Shown here: in pieces, positions 30,523 through 41,106 of the stretch | Layout: the number at the start of each line of letters is the position of its first letter | Numbering within the stretch: position 1 is the first letter of the stretch | IMG/VR virus record: IMGVR_UViG_3300031908_000001 | Location: 1-64,000 of that record | Strand: one strand, 5' to 3' | Length of the DNA: 64,000 nucleotides | DNA from: a virus | Lineage: Duplodnaviria; Caudoviricetes | Position numbers and translations under genes: made by a program | Notes under the pieces: model-generated | Database searches by the model: none | Seen by the model: only the letters and a program-made list of their open reading frames with translations | What the model was told of the DNA's origin: nothing

Positions 30523-30555
30523 AAAAAACCCCAATAAAAAATTAAGGGGGTTTTT
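30523..30555. terminator. intrinsic terminator, potentially bidirectional
   Basis: AAAAAACCCC...GGGGTTTTT inverted repeat with A and T tracts, in an intergenic gap. Confidence 0.6.
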
Positions 30556-30612
30556 AGAAAACAAAACAACTTTGAAAGACCGAATATTAATAATATTCAT
30601 CAAAAATTAAAA

Positions 30613-31554
30613 TCATATATTTATTCTCTGTGTAATAACTTCATCCAATCTGGTTGCAACACTAAATTCTAAAGCAACATAATCATCTTTTTGCTCTATG
30701 TTTATTAATGTAAAATTTTTAAGTGAATCATCTTTTGCAAAAGTTAATGCCAGTTGACGAAATAAAGAAGGAAACTGTATTGCAGATATGTTTGATCCAA
30801 CAACAAATTTTTCATTAATTCCATCTTCTGGAAATTCTGGGTTGTCTCCTCTTCTTAGATTTGCCAAAATATCAACCGTTTGATAAAGAGTTTCTTTCCC
30901 CGACAAAACTTTTATATCATCATTTTCAAAAGTAATTACTCTATCAATATCTCTTCCATAAACATTTACTGCTTCAGTTATTGTATCCACAATACTTTGA
31001 ATGTTGAACAAAGATCCATTTTTCAATGTTATCTTAATTCTGTTGCCTCCATTTATATTATAATCTTCCTCCTTGATATCATTGTCAAATGCAAGCTGCA
31101 CCCATTCATTATCTGGATCTGTTGAACTCATAACATTTTTCTCAACCCCCTCCAAAGTTTGGCCATACTTTAAAGTATAATCAATTTGTATATTTGGATT
31201 AAAATTATTTTTCCCAATTGAACTTCTTAACCATTTTGGAGTGTTTTCAATTGTCTTTAATTTTGCAGATATTTCTTCAACCTGATCCAATATTTCCCAA
31301 AATATTGATGAGGTGAAACTATCCCTGCTTTCCTGAATTTTTTGCAGGACTCCTCTATATTCTCGTTGTAAATTTTCCAAATTCTTAAAAGACTGAGAGC
31401 TTGGCTTATCAATTGATCCACTGTAGTAATCTACTATATTTTGATAATCGAATTCAATAAACAATATAAATTTATTGAATAAATCCAACAGATCTACATT
31501 TGTAATTCTGTTAAACTCATCAACAATATCTTGTGAAAATTTAATATTTGCCAT
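30613..31554 (-). CDS. baseplate wedge / gp25-like sheath initiator
   Basis: C-terminal LRRGDNPEFPEDG...FAKDDSLKNF resembles the gp25 family; position upstream of baseplate J. Confidence 0.6.
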   Translation of the reverse strand: MANIKFSQDIVDEFNRITNVDLLDLFNKFILFIEFDYQNIVDYYSGSIDKPSSQSFKNLENLQREYRGVLQKIQESRDSFTSSIFWEILDQVEEISAKLKTIENTPKWLRSSIGKNNFNPNIQIDYTLKYGQTLEGVEKNVMSSTDPDNEWVQLAFDNDIKEEDYNINGGNRIKITLKNGSLFNIQSIVDTITEAVNVYGRDIDRVITFENDDIKVLSGKETLYQTVDILANLRRGDNPEFPEDGINEKFVVGSNISAIQFPSLFRQLALTFAKDDSLKNFTLINIEQKDDYVALEFSVATRLDEVITQRINI

Positions 31555-31555
31555 T

Positions 31556-32320
31556 TTATCCTATTGATCTTTTAAGCACCGAAACTACATTAGTAAGTTT
31601 TTTTTGTATTATATCAAATGCCAGCCCCCTTATTAAAGATTTTTGAAGATCTGGTTTAATTGCCTCCAGTGGAGCAATCGCTCTAAATGTGATATTATAT
31701 TGCCATATCATATTTTCTTCCTTGCCTGTTTGACTTAAGGATAAATTTACCGCTTTTACCAAATAATTTTGCCCTATAGAGGGATTATACAGGTACAATT
31801 TAAAAGGCTGATTATATTGATCTAACTGCTTTGCTTTTCTATATATTGCCTGGAGGATTTTTGTACATCCATATCCAGTTTTTACCTTTGGATCAAACAC
31901 AGCTTTTTTAGCTGACGATATAGCATCTACAACATCAAAATTTCCATTTTGGGTGCTGAAAGCAAATGCAGCAGCATTTAATTCAGAATTACCTATCAAA
32001 AATTTAAAACTTTTTCCAAAATTGCCGGTGAAATTTATATCAACCGGAACAAAAGTTGTTGAACTTAATGCTGTAATTCCTCCGGCGCTCTTTTTAATGT
32101 TTGTAATTTCAGTCTCCATGTATCTCATACTAGATGGCATTATTGGAAAAGAAAAGTAATCAACCACATCTCCCCTTGAATTAGTTAATTCTAAAGCGCA
32201 CCAATAATATTCAAAATCATTTGGAAACAATGCATTTACTGTTGCTTTACCGACTTGGTTTAATAAATCTGTATACCTTCTAAGTGGACCTGATTGAACT
32301 ACGTCTGAAAATAATGCCAT
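31556..32320 (-). CDS. putative tail tube initiator/baseplate protein
   Basis: FSFPIMPSSM...INFTGNFG...WQYNITFRAI, tube-like fold pattern. Confidence 0.5.
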   Translation of the reverse strand: MALFSDVVQSGPLRRYTDLLNQVGKATVNALFPNDFEYYWCALELTNSRGDVVDYFSFPIMPSSMRYMETEITNIKKSAGGITALSSTTFVPVDINFTGNFGKSFKFLIGNSELNAAAFAFSTQNGNFDVVDAISSAKKAVFDPKVKTGYGCTKILQAIYRKAKQLDQYNQPFKLYLYNPSIGQNYLVKAVNLSLSQTGKEENMIWQYNITFRAIAPLEAIKPDLQKSLIRGLAFDIIQKKLTNVVSVLKRSIG

Positions 32321-32332
32321 ATTACTTATTAA

Positions 32333-32569
32333 TTAACTTATTTGTCCTGTTCCCGACGCTGTTGTTATACCGGTTTGAGCTACAGCACTTCCTGTTGTTG
32401 CCACAGGTATTCCTGGAAGAACTGTCACTGTTGCGCTTGTTATAGCTGAAACTATCACCGATGTTAGCTTGGTAGCAAAATCTTCTTTGGCTAATTTTGG
32501 ATCTAGTTGTGCAGAACTATCTAGCAGATTCAAAATTTCTTGCTTTATTTGTGCTGGATTAATTGCCAT
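32333..32569 (-). CDS. putative spike-tip protein
   Basis: 78 aa T/A/G-rich protein directly after the spike gene. Confidence 0.45.
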   Translation of the reverse strand: MAINPAQIKQEILNLLDSSAQLDPKLAKEDFATKLTSVIVSAITSATVTVLPGIPVATTGSAVAQTGITTASGTGQIS

Positions 32570-32570
32570 T

Positions 32571-33455
32571 TTATTCTAAGAAAGATTTAGTCGATTTTAA
32601 TTTATCTAATTTTTGTTTCAGTATAGTATATTGAGCTTGACCCAGAAGTGGATAAGGGCCGGCACTTTCTTTTGCCAACTGATCTAATAAATCACTTATA
32701 AGTTGAATAGTGGTATTGCCCAATAACATTGGCTCATTGCCGGAATTATGAATTATCTTTTTAGATGTTATATTAATCTCTCCGTCTTTTGCAATTATAC
32801 TATTTTGATATTCATCTTTGTATTTAAAACCCTCCCCCTTAACATAAGTCAAAGTTGTTATTTTATCATCTTTACTTATGTCGGAAATTTCAAAATTTAA
32901 TTTTTTAGTTGTTTTAATATTTAAAGAATCTGTACAATAAATTTCCCCACTTCCATTTATGAAAATTTTTAATTGACCCGTCTTGTTTTTATTATTTATG
33001 GTAATATTTAATAATCCGCCCTCTTCTTTGTCTGAATTAAGAGATATTAATAAATTACCTGACCCACCATCGCCGGTTATATCAACACTATTGCTTCCAA
33101 ATGTTTTATTTAACTTAAATTTCTTTTCATTTAAAAAAAATGTTTCATCATTTTTTGATAAAACTGCAACAATTACAACCTGATTATAGGGCTCTATATT
33201 AACCCAAATAACAGGACTACCTATGCCGCCACCAGATTCAGGAAATTCTATATTTTGAATTGCAGATTTATCAATAGGTACATCTTTAAAAAACTCATTA
33301 TTTTCAGTCAATAAACACACCCTATTCATTCTATAACATTGTTGAATGAACTGTTCTCTATCCACTTCCGTCGGAATAGTAATATAAGCTGACCCAGAAG
33401 TATATCTTGGAGATGATGGTGATTGTTTTCCAGCCGATGCTTTTTCTATTATCAT
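32571..33455 (-). CDS. baseplate central spike (gp5/gpV-like)
   Basis: OB-like N-terminus (FPESGGGIGSPVIW), beta-helix-like middle, EPMLLG. Confidence 0.6.
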   Translation of the reverse strand: MIIEKASAGKQSPSSPRYTSGSAYITIPTEVDREQFIQQCYRMNRVCLLTENNEFFKDVPIDKSAIQNIEFPESGGGIGSPVIWVNIEPYNQVVIVAVLSKNDETFFLNEKKFKLNKTFGSNSVDITGDGGSGNLLISLNSDKEEGGLLNITINNKNKTGQLKIFINGSGEIYCTDSLNIKTTKKLNFEISDISKDDKITTLTYVKGEGFKYKDEYQNSIIAKDGEINITSKKIIHNSGNEPMLLGNTTIQLISDLLDQLAKESAGPYPLLGQAQYTILKQKLDKLKSTKSFLE

Positions 33456-33478
33456 TAAGTAAATATAGTCATTTTTAA
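33456..33478 (-). promoter_or_regulatory. putative late promoter, copy 1 (TTAAAAATGACTATATTTACTTA)
   Basis: 23 bp identical to 38542-38564; contains a TATATTTA -7-like box. Confidence 0.55.
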
Positions 33479-35778
33479 CGAAATTGTTTTCTGGCTAGGA
33501 AGAAATTAAGAACTTTTTGATTTATGCCCCAATCCTTTAGCACATTAGTATTTACTGTAGTATTCCCTTCACTTCTAACTATGAAAAATTCTTCCAACAA
33601 ATTGGTTCTCATAATATCAAAATAACTTACAAAAACCTGCTCTCCTTCAATTAAAATATTTCTGCCCTTAACATATTCTTCCACCATTCCCCTGCTTACT
33701 TGAAGCGTGGTTACTCTATCAATTACTTGATCTGATATTGCATATGAATTACTTACAGCATCAACATAATATATCTCTCCAGTTCCCTTGTGCCTTATTG
33801 TTGTGCCCCTTTTTATTCTTCTATCCCCATTAATAGTAATAGATCCCTTTCTTGTAAATGGAAGATAAATTTTTGAATCAATGACAAACTTTAAATCATA
33901 AAATACTTGCTTCTCTAAATAATTTAATGAATCTTTTTGTTGAGCCCCAACTATAGGAGAATATGGTACATAATTTGAAACAATGTCATAAGGCTTTGCG
34001 CCATATATATCAACCAACTCAGGTATATAGATTGCTGGGAGGAAAGCAAGTGTCATTTCGGAACCAGCGCCAAAAAAAACAGATTGTGGAGTTAATCTAT
34101 ACCAGGTATAAACCTCTTCATCGTTAAACATCAACTGCTCTTGAAGTATGTCTAATTCCTCAATGTCAATGCATGTTGAATTTGTTCCAATTTCATCAAT
34201 CTTGATCTCTTTTCTGCTATCATTTATTGCAAATCCCCTACTATCAAAATTATTGCCCTGGTAATTTATATTTGCCTCTTCATTCTTTACATCTCCATAA
34301 ATTAATGCCCTAAATAGTTTAGCATTGAATGGCGGTTGCCTTACTTGAAAATAAAATTGATCTCCTATAGTATCTGTATAAAATTCTGCAAAAGGTTCTT
34401 GAACCAATTTTTTAATCGAATTAAGAATACTGCCCTGCTCCTGAGCTATGGAGCTATCTACTATTCTTCTACTTGCTACACTATCATCAATTATTAACTT
34501 AATAATTTGCCAAATTCCCCTCATTAATTGCTCTTTAAATGGGGCCTGGGTTTGATTTAAATTATCTCCAGAATTATCCAATCTAAATTGAGTACTTCTA
34601 TTTGTATAAGCTGAAAACAATTCATCTGGGATTATGGAAATATTGGCCAACTGATTTACTATAAATTGCAAAGAAAAACTTATAGATCTCTCAATGTATG
34701 CATTCAATGTCAATAAATTCCCCGACGCTATACTTCTTTGCACCAGATCAGTTCTATTTTTATTATCTCCTGTATTGTAAAAAACCCCCTGTGCAAATTC
34801 TAATGGAAAGAAATAACTACCATCTTCTATCAATACTTTTATTAGATCTCTTCCACTAACACTTATTCCCACATCATTTGACTCTGGACTGAAAGATATA
34901 CTATTAAGATCCACTAATCCAATCATATCGTAAATTTGATTGGGAAGGTCTTGCGGAGATATGATAAAATTATTATTTTTCTTTATTCTTTTTTCTGCCT
35001 CTATTTCAAGAGTTTCAAATCTGATAAAAATCAGATCATTTGCATTTATTACATTATGAAAGAAAAATTGATTTCTTTTTAACTTTCCATTTTTAGTCTT
35101 ATGTATTCCTGCCTCGGACACATAACTGTCTCTTAAATTTCCAGCATTATATTGCTTAATGGATGCCGGCGTTATTATCCAACTTCCATCATCACCTATT
35201 TCACATACAAGTGGTGATAACGACAAATCCCAATTGCCCCCATTTTCAGCAACATTTGTATTTATATTCTGAATGAATGGAGACAAATCTATTATTGTAC
35301 CATTTAAATTGTTTTCATTTGTTAAGGCTCTGCACCACATCCATACAGTAACATTGGGATACATGTCCTTTGAATCCCCCAATGTTGCATCATTTGACTT
35401 ATTTATCTGCACATATTTTTGATCCTTTAATAGTCTATCTAGCTCCCTGGCCATAAAAGCTCTTACAGAATCATTTTTTACCAAAAAATTACCCTGGGTA
35501 AACAATACATCTCTATTTAAATTATCTTTTGGAACTGCAACCATTGTTCCATATTTTATCAATAAATCTCCCGCCGGCTTATTTTTATTATCTTTCTCCT
35601 CTTCTAAAGTATATCTTTCAAATATTCTATCTTTATTTGTTACCCCATTATCATCTTTATAATTTAAAAGTTGAGATGGAGTAAAGTTTTTAATTAATGC
35701 AAAATCAGTCTGAATAATAAAATTTGCTAAATCTTTTATCTCTGGCTTATCATGTGTGACATAAATATAGTTTGCCAT
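33475..35778 (-). CDS. baseplate hub protein
   Basis: 767 aa after the tape measure; ISVSGRDLIKVL, EPFAEFY, RQPPF, GSITINGDRRIKRG, YYVDAVSNSY, TTLQVSRG. Confidence 0.7.
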   Translation of the reverse strand: MANYIYVTHDKPEIKDLANFIIQTDFALIKNFTPSQLLNYKDDNGVTNKDRIFERYTLEEEKDNKNKPAGDLLIKYGTMVAVPKDNLNRDVLFTQGNFLVKNDSVRAFMARELDRLLKDQKYVQINKSNDATLGDSKDMYPNVTVWMWCRALTNENNLNGTIIDLSPFIQNINTNVAENGGNWDLSLSPLVCEIGDDGSWIITPASIKQYNAGNLRDSYVSEAGIHKTKNGKLKRNQFFFHNVINANDLIFIRFETLEIEAEKRIKKNNNFIISPQDLPNQIYDMIGLVDLNSISFSPESNDVGISVSGRDLIKVLIEDGSYFFPLEFAQGVFYNTGDNKNRTDLVQRSIASGNLLTLNAYIERSISFSLQFIVNQLANISIIPDELFSAYTNRSTQFRLDNSGDNLNQTQAPFKEQLMRGIWQIIKLIIDDSVASRRIVDSSIAQEQGSILNSIKKLVQEPFAEFYTDTIGDQFYFQVRQPPFNAKLFRALIYGDVKNEEANINYQGNNFDSRGFAINDSRKEIKIDEIGTNSTCIDIEELDILQEQLMFNDEEVYTWYRLTPQSVFFGAGSEMTLAFLPAIYIPELVDIYGAKPYDIVSNYVPYSPIVGAQQKDSLNYLEKQVFYDLKFVIDSKIYLPFTRKGSITINGDRRIKRGTTIRHKGTGEIYYVDAVSNSYAISDQVIDRVTTLQVSRGMVEEYVKGRNILIEGEQVFVSYFDIMRTNLLEEFFIVRSEGNTTVNTNVLKDWGINQKVLNFFLARKQFR

Positions 35779-37770
35779 TTATTTTGTTTTTTTAGGTACA
35801 TAAGTTGGATTTACAGATGGTGCGCTTGAGGAATTAAACCAGCTTCCAATTCTAGCCAATCCTGCCTGTAATGTTTGTAAATCACCCTCTATTGACTTAT
35901 TAAATTTTTCAATTGGACCATCTACAAAGAAGCCCTTAAAATCTATTTTATTAAAAGTTTCTTTTATAGCATCTCCCGTAGCTTTCGCAATATCTTTCCC
36001 CATGCTGGTAGCGCCTGAAAGAAGGCCATCATCCTCTATTTTATTAATATATTTCTCACCCTTGTTTACTAAGCCTTCTCCAAGTGGAGCAACTCTATTT
36101 GTCATCTTAGCCGTCAATCTATCAATACTTCCTGTCATTCTAGTTCCGCCTTCAACAAATTGAGAGTCTTGCGTTAATCCATATTTTTTAAATAGTTCAT
36201 TTCTTGATGCTATGTCTGCAAAAGGGTCTTTGCCCTCATTCATTCCTTTTTGATATGAATCGAACAATGCCCCCGATTGATTGGCCGACAATCCAAACAT
36301 TTCTTTTAACATTATTTTTTTATTGCCGGAACTGCCTCCTCTATTGGTTAAATCTTTCATAACCTGAGATAGCGTTCCTTCACCAAAAATTCCCTCTTCT
36401 TGCTTCTTCTGTAGGTCGAAAAGATCGGCATCAGGGTTAAGTTTTCTTAAAGCAGAATAAACCATTGCTTGCTTAAAATCGTTTCCAGGATTAACTATTG
36501 CATTATTCATTGTGCTAATTCTTTCACCTGCGGTTACTGGATTTGCGAAAGTTCCACCTAGTCTCTGGAAGGAGGCTATGACGGATGCATTTGAATTGGT
36601 ATTTACGCTTTCAAGCCTCTTAGACTGATCCTGCATTATGGTAGTCTGAATATGCATAAATTCTTCTAATGAGGCCATATCTTTCCCAGATGCACCAAAT
36701 GCCCCCTCTTGTTTTAAGTATTTAATTAAATTTTGTATATCGCCGGCCGTATCTCTTCTGTTGCTATCTAATCTTTGTAATTTATCAAATCCAAGCAAAG
36801 ACCCATCACTTACTCCATACATTTGCTTAGTCCCCTGCAATCTTAATGCAGCACCCTGAACACTATCTGAAAATCTACCCATTCCGAGGGCATACGCTTC
36901 TGTAGAATATCCACGATTCTTTGCCATCTGAGCGGAAAAATTCATAAATTCTGCTTGATCGACTCCCATTCCTGCTGCCGGTTTTCCAATATCAATGTTT
37001 GGATTACCAGATATTCTTCCTAATGTAAGTCTACTTTCCTGAAGTCTTGATCCCTCCTGAATTAATTTATTTGCTATAGTAGATATGCCCTGACCAATCA
37101 TTGGTATTATAGCAAATGCTGCTGCTGCCATTGCCAATTCATTGCCTTGTGTCGCTATCTGAGCACCATTGTTGAATGCACCAGATGCACTGCCTCCACT
37201 TTTTCTTTTTTCATTTGATTCTGATTCCTTTTTCTCTGCCTTATCTCCTCTCTTATTTGAATTTTTAAATTCTTCTTCTGGATCTATTTCCTTCTTTTTG
37301 CCGCCGAATATTCTTGAAAAAAATGATTGCGTCTTATTTTCTTGGATGTTCTCATCTTTTATCTCCTCTTTTGCAGAAGTTTTAATAGCTTCTACAATCT
37401 CTTTAAGATATTTAACCTGAAGATTGTCTTCTGAAGATTCTTGATTTATATTAGAAAGATCAGATTTATATTTTTTAGCAATCTCATCTCTTTCTATTTT
37501 TGTCTTTGCTGCACTAGATTGAGATTGATAAGCTTTAGATGCTTCAATTTTTCTACCTTCTGTTTCTAGTCTATTTCTTTTATCTATTAAGGCAATCTGT
37601 TCTGACAGGTATTTATTCTGCTCCTTGGCGGAACTAGAATATTTGATTGCATCTGCAATTAAATCTTTGGAAAGATCTTTAGCAGATCTCCTTAATTTAT
37701 CCATTAAGGAAACTACACCATTATCCTGTGCTTCAAATTGTACTCTTTTTGTAGATGAACCTGAACCCAT
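35779..37770 (-). CDS. tape measure protein
   Basis: 663 aa, helical, A/G/Q-rich; follows the tube gene and two chaperone-like genes. Confidence 0.7.
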   Translation of the reverse strand: MGSGSSTKRVQFEAQDNGVVSLMDKLRRSAKDLSKDLIADAIKYSSSAKEQNKYLSEQIALIDKRNRLETEGRKIEASKAYQSQSSAAKTKIERDEIAKKYKSDLSNINQESSEDNLQVKYLKEIVEAIKTSAKEEIKDENIQENKTQSFFSRIFGGKKKEIDPEEEFKNSNKRGDKAEKKESESNEKRKSGGSASGAFNNGAQIATQGNELAMAAAAFAIIPMIGQGISTIANKLIQEGSRLQESRLTLGRISGNPNIDIGKPAAGMGVDQAEFMNFSAQMAKNRGYSTEAYALGMGRFSDSVQGAALRLQGTKQMYGVSDGSLLGFDKLQRLDSNRRDTAGDIQNLIKYLKQEGAFGASGKDMASLEEFMHIQTTIMQDQSKRLESVNTNSNASVIASFQRLGGTFANPVTAGERISTMNNAIVNPGNDFKQAMVYSALRKLNPDADLFDLQKKQEEGIFGEGTLSQVMKDLTNRGGSSGNKKIMLKEMFGLSANQSGALFDSYQKGMNEGKDPFADIASRNELFKKYGLTQDSQFVEGGTRMTGSIDRLTAKMTNRVAPLGEGLVNKGEKYINKIEDDGLLSGATSMGKDIAKATGDAIKETFNKIDFKGFFVDGPIEKFNKSIEGDLQTLQAGLARIGSWFNSSSAPSVNPTYVPKKTK

Positions 37771-37783
37771 TTATTAAGTTGTT

Positions 37784-38140
37784 TTAATCAAATTTTATGT
37801 TATCATCAAAAGCATTCAGATCAATATTATCAAACCGCTCCATTTTTTCTTCTTCCTTAATTTCACTCATCTTTAGCCATTCGCCCGTTTTTTCATATTC
37901 TTTTTTACCACTTTCAAAATCTTCTATATCCTGAAAATATTTTTTAAACATGTTCTCCTCCTCAATCTCAATTTTCATATCAATCAAACACATTTCTCTA
38001 TGTTCACTTGAACCAAAAGAAATATTTCTCTTAAGTCTCCAAATTCTATCAACTGGATATTTATTATTCCAGGAAATGATAAAAGATTTAAGTGACTTAA
38101 GAGAATTATCTTTGTAATTTTTTAATTTTAATTGAGGCAT
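37784..38140 (-). CDS. putative tail assembly chaperone 2
   Basis: Position between the tube and tape measure genes. Confidence 0.5.
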   Translation of the reverse strand: MPQLKLKNYKDNSLKSLKSFIISWNNKYPVDRIWRLKRNISFGSSEHREMCLIDMKIEIEEENMFKKYFQDIEDFESGKKEYEKTGEWLKMSEIKEEEKMERFDNIDLNAFDDNIKFD

Positions 38141-38517
38141 TAGTTGCTCTCCTTAATCTCCTCCTCTTCCTCTCTTGAATTTATAACTTTGTCCCATTCT
38201 TCAAACCAAGGAAGAAATTCTTCCTTATAAGCCTTAAGAAGCGGCTTTGCTTCTATCGGAGACAATTCTAAAATGGAATTATATCCCTGAAGATTATCCT
38301 TTAATTTGGGTATAAGAGTAATAAAATATGCAAGCATATCTATTAAATCCAATGCATATACTGAGTTATGATTATTCATTAAAGATAATGACCCATACAT
38401 ATTATTTGCCAGGGCCGCTTTCTTTGTTTCAATATCTAACAATTCTCCTATGTTCGGATATTTAACCTCATAAGACTGTTCTCCTATGTTAACTTTTACT
38501 GTTTTGCTTAATGCCAT
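38140..38517 (-). CDS. putative tail assembly chaperone 1
   Basis: Position after the tube gene; YEVKYPNIGELLDIE. Confidence 0.55.
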   Translation of the reverse strand: MALSKTVKVNIGEQSYEVKYPNIGELLDIETKKAALANNMYGSLSLMNNHNSVYALDLIDMLAYFITLIPKLKDNLQGYNSILELSPIEAKPLLKAYKEEFLPWFEEWDKVINSREEEEEIKESN

Positions 38518-38541
38518 TAATTTAAATTTTAAGTTACTTAA

Positions 38542-38564
38542 TAAGTAAATATAGTCATTTTTAA
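38542..38564 (-). promoter_or_regulatory. putative late promoter, copy 2
   Basis: 23 bp identical to 33456-33478; lies just after the tube-gene terminator. Confidence 0.55.
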
Positions 38565-38590
38565 AATGATTTAATAACTTATGTATAAAG

Positions 38591-38616
38591 AAAAAGGGCC
38601 TCAGAAAGACCCTTTT
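38591..38616 (-). terminator. intrinsic terminator after the tail tube gene
   Basis: Minus strand AAAAGGGTCT-TTCTG-AGGCCCTTTTT. Confidence 0.65.
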
Positions 38617-38657
38617 TAAAATTTATCAACTTAAACCTAAAATTTATGCAAAATTTC

Positions 38658-39137
38658 TTATTTTGGAAAGATTACTGGTTCTGTAAAAACAAAACTTTGA
38701 TTGTGAGTAGCTACTTGCCCCTCTGAAATGCTCAAACTTTCATTGTTAGAGTATACACCCTTTATTATAGCTATCGGCTTTAATTTTGGCCTTGGTATAC
38801 CTCTTTCATCTATAACATCTGTTATCTTTCGGAAGATGTCCAACTGTATACCCTCTTCTTGTAAGGTAAGATAGTCTTCATATTCATTTGCTGTCTGAAC
38901 ATCTCTTCTGACTGAGCCTTTTGCTCTGGCCGTTTCCCAATCAATAAAATAATATGTGCATGACACAGATCCTGAGTGAGCAACAACTGGCTTTTCTTGA
39001 GAAAAAATTGTTCCAAGCCCCCTTACATCTGCTCTTTGTAGATCTTCTGTAACGGAGATGTCTCTCATTTTACCTATCACTTGACCCTTTACTCGAACCA
39101 GGGCGATTGCACCTGTGACCACTTCATTTTTTGACAT
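38658..39137 (-). CDS. tail tube protein
   Basis: 159 aa directly after the sheath; VVTGAIALVRVKGQVIG...VRGLG, SPO1/Twort-like tube pattern. Confidence 0.8.
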   Translation of the reverse strand: MSKNEVVTGAIALVRVKGQVIGKMRDISVTEDLQRADVRGLGTIFSQEKPVVAHSGSVSCTYYFIDWETARAKGSVRRDVQTANEYEDYLTLQEEGIQLDIFRKITDVIDERGIPRPKLKPIAIIKGVYSNNESLSISEGQVATHNQSFVFTEPVIFPK

Positions 39138-39172
39138 TATATTTTAATTATTTAATTCGTTATTAATTTATT

Positions 39173-40807
39173 TTAATTTTCTAAAACGAAGCCAGTAAAG
39201 AATAATTTATTGATAGCAAAATTTGGAACTATGCCATAACTAACTTCATATGAATCTTGAACAGTTTTAACAGTTATATTTTCAAATCTTAAAATAAGAT
39301 TATCTGCCTGATTTGTGGCTACTCTTAATGAAAGGAATCCTTGAAGCCATGCTATAACATCTTGCTCAGTTAATGTATTCCTATTAACTCCGTTTTCCTG
39401 ACCCAACAATTGCTTCTTAGCATTTATAACTATTTCAGCATTTATCTGGGCAATGATACGATTTAAAGAAACAGAATAAGATGTTCCATTATCATTTACA
39501 ATATTGTCATTAGTTTGTAATGAATTAATATCCTGATTAATAATAAAGGCTCCAAAATCTGCATCAAAAGTTGTATGAAGTACACCAGAATCCAATGCCG
39601 CTTCTCTTTCTTTTTGAGTCATTATATGCCTATCACCATCCATTTGTATGGCCTTAAATGTACCAGGAACCTGAGGAGCTAATCCAGCTATTCTTCCAAG
39701 AACCTGAGCTGCTTTATATATTGATGGCCTGTCCTTAAATCCAGATCCAGTTCTTATTGCTTGCTTTATACCAGCATGAACAACTACAACCTTTTCAGAA
39801 TTATAATAAGCGGCGGTGTCTGTAGAACTATTTGTTCCGGTAAATGCATCCTTATCATCTCCACCACCAACTACCATAAATTTTGTAAATTTAGCTTCAT
39901 TAACCAAATGAGCTAAAATTTTAGTATTAGCAGCAGATTGAGCATTAGCCGCCCACTGATCAGCTAAAATGAATGTATAATATTCTTCCTTTATTGCATC
40001 AAGAACAAGATCAAGATCACTTGAATTGTATGTCTCTGTTCCACCTGTCGCTAAAACCTGAGATACATTTGCAGCTAAGTCTGCTGAATTAACCGCGCCC
40101 GTTCCTGCAACAGATGAGGAATCTAATTTAAAATAACTATTGAATGTGGAATCATTAGTCATCCAAGTAATCAATGTACTGATGTTATTGAATTCAACAC
40201 TTCTAGCAATCAATGTTGGAAGGGAATCTGCTTGTGTGGCTTCATAAGGATCATTTTCAGGGTCTAAACCTCTATAGGTTCCAACGTAGAAATCAATTTT
40301 AAATTTAGCAGTATCTTTTATGCCAGCAGTCATTTTTGCAGCATATCCTTTTCTTAATATAGAAGAAGTTGCCGACCCATTTCCTATTAACCCCTCATCT
40401 TTTACTTTGATAACAAATTCTCCACCATTTGCACCACCACCAGTAAATGTATAGCTTATTTCAGCACATGCGGTTGTTGCAGCACGAACATAAGTTATTT
40501 TAGAAACACCTGGGGAGGCCAGACCATTTGGCTTAAATAGTGGTTCTGCCAGGAGCCAGTGCAATCCACCCTTAACAAAAGATCTAAAATCATCAATATT
40601 GTCAAAATTATAAATCGACTCCTTCATTGTTGCAAGCTCTCCAGATATTCCAGCCCCTCCTCCAAATGCAGCATTTGAACCAGTATCTATAATACATATA
40701 TTTCCATAAGGAAGATTTAATGGTGGATTCTTAATCCCACTTTTTATTTGTGAATAGGCTCCAGGTTCTTTTATTATCTTGCCGCCAAAGAATGTCGATT
40801 TGCTCAT
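39173..40807 (-). CDS. tail sheath protein
   Basis: FGGKIIKEPGAYSQI N-terminus, GRIAGLAPQVPGTFK, C-terminal YGIVPNFAINKLFFTG. Confidence 0.88.
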   Translation of the reverse strand: MSKSTFFGGKIIKEPGAYSQIKSGIKNPPLNLPYGNICIIDTGSNAAFGGGAGISGELATMKESIYNFDNIDDFRSFVKGGLHWLLAEPLFKPNGLASPGVSKITYVRAATTACAEISYTFTGGGANGGEFVIKVKDEGLIGNGSATSSILRKGYAAKMTAGIKDTAKFKIDFYVGTYRGLDPENDPYEATQADSLPTLIARSVEFNNISTLITWMTNDSTFNSYFKLDSSSVAGTGAVNSADLAANVSQVLATGGTETYNSSDLDLVLDAIKEEYYTFILADQWAANAQSAANTKILAHLVNEAKFTKFMVVGGGDDKDAFTGTNSSTDTAAYYNSEKVVVVHAGIKQAIRTGSGFKDRPSIYKAAQVLGRIAGLAPQVPGTFKAIQMDGDRHIMTQKEREAALDSGVLHTTFDADFGAFIINQDINSLQTNDNIVNDNGTSYSVSLNRIIAQINAEIVINAKKQLLGQENGVNRNTLTEQDVIAWLQGFLSLRVATNQADNLILRFENITVKTVQDSYEVSYGIVPNFAINKLFFTGFVLEN

Positions 40808-40848
40808 TAATTATATAATTAATATTTATTGATAAAAATAATGAAAAT

Positions 40849-41106
40849 TTATGACAAATTAAAAATGTTTTTTAAATTATTTGAAATTTTGACATCTAAT
40901 TTTTGCAATTTTAATAATTCCACCCATTCTTTAAATGTATGAGTTTCATTTGCAAATCTTTTTTCTACAAAAAAAAGATCTCTGCTATTCAAATCTGTTA
41001 ATTCACAAAATTCACTTCCAGTAAATTCTTTAATTTCTTGTTGATTTATTACAATTTCTTCCTCATCTATAGGGAGATCTTTTTTGACTTTTTTAATTGA
41101 TTCCAT
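40849..41106 (-). CDS. hypothetical protein
   Basis: 85 aa, upstream of the sheath. Confidence 0.55.
   Translation of the reverse strand: MESIKKVKKDLPIDEEEIVINQQEIKEFTGSEFCELTDLNSRDLFFVEKRFANETHTFKEWVELLKLQKLDVKISNNLKNIFNLS

Noticed and set aside
30430-30612. CRISPR mini-array or origin in the A-rich intergenic gap
   Set aside because: Only low-complexity ACAAA runs and a terminator hairpin; no repeat-spacer periodicity
37784-38517. Programmed frameshift between the tail chaperones
   Set aside because: The genes meet in a simple TAATG stop/start overlap and no clear slippery heptamer precedes the stop
17286-39016. Alternate-frame minus-strand ORFs 17286-17519 and 38822-39016
   Set aside because: Nested within the fibre and tube genes, with no motif or start signal
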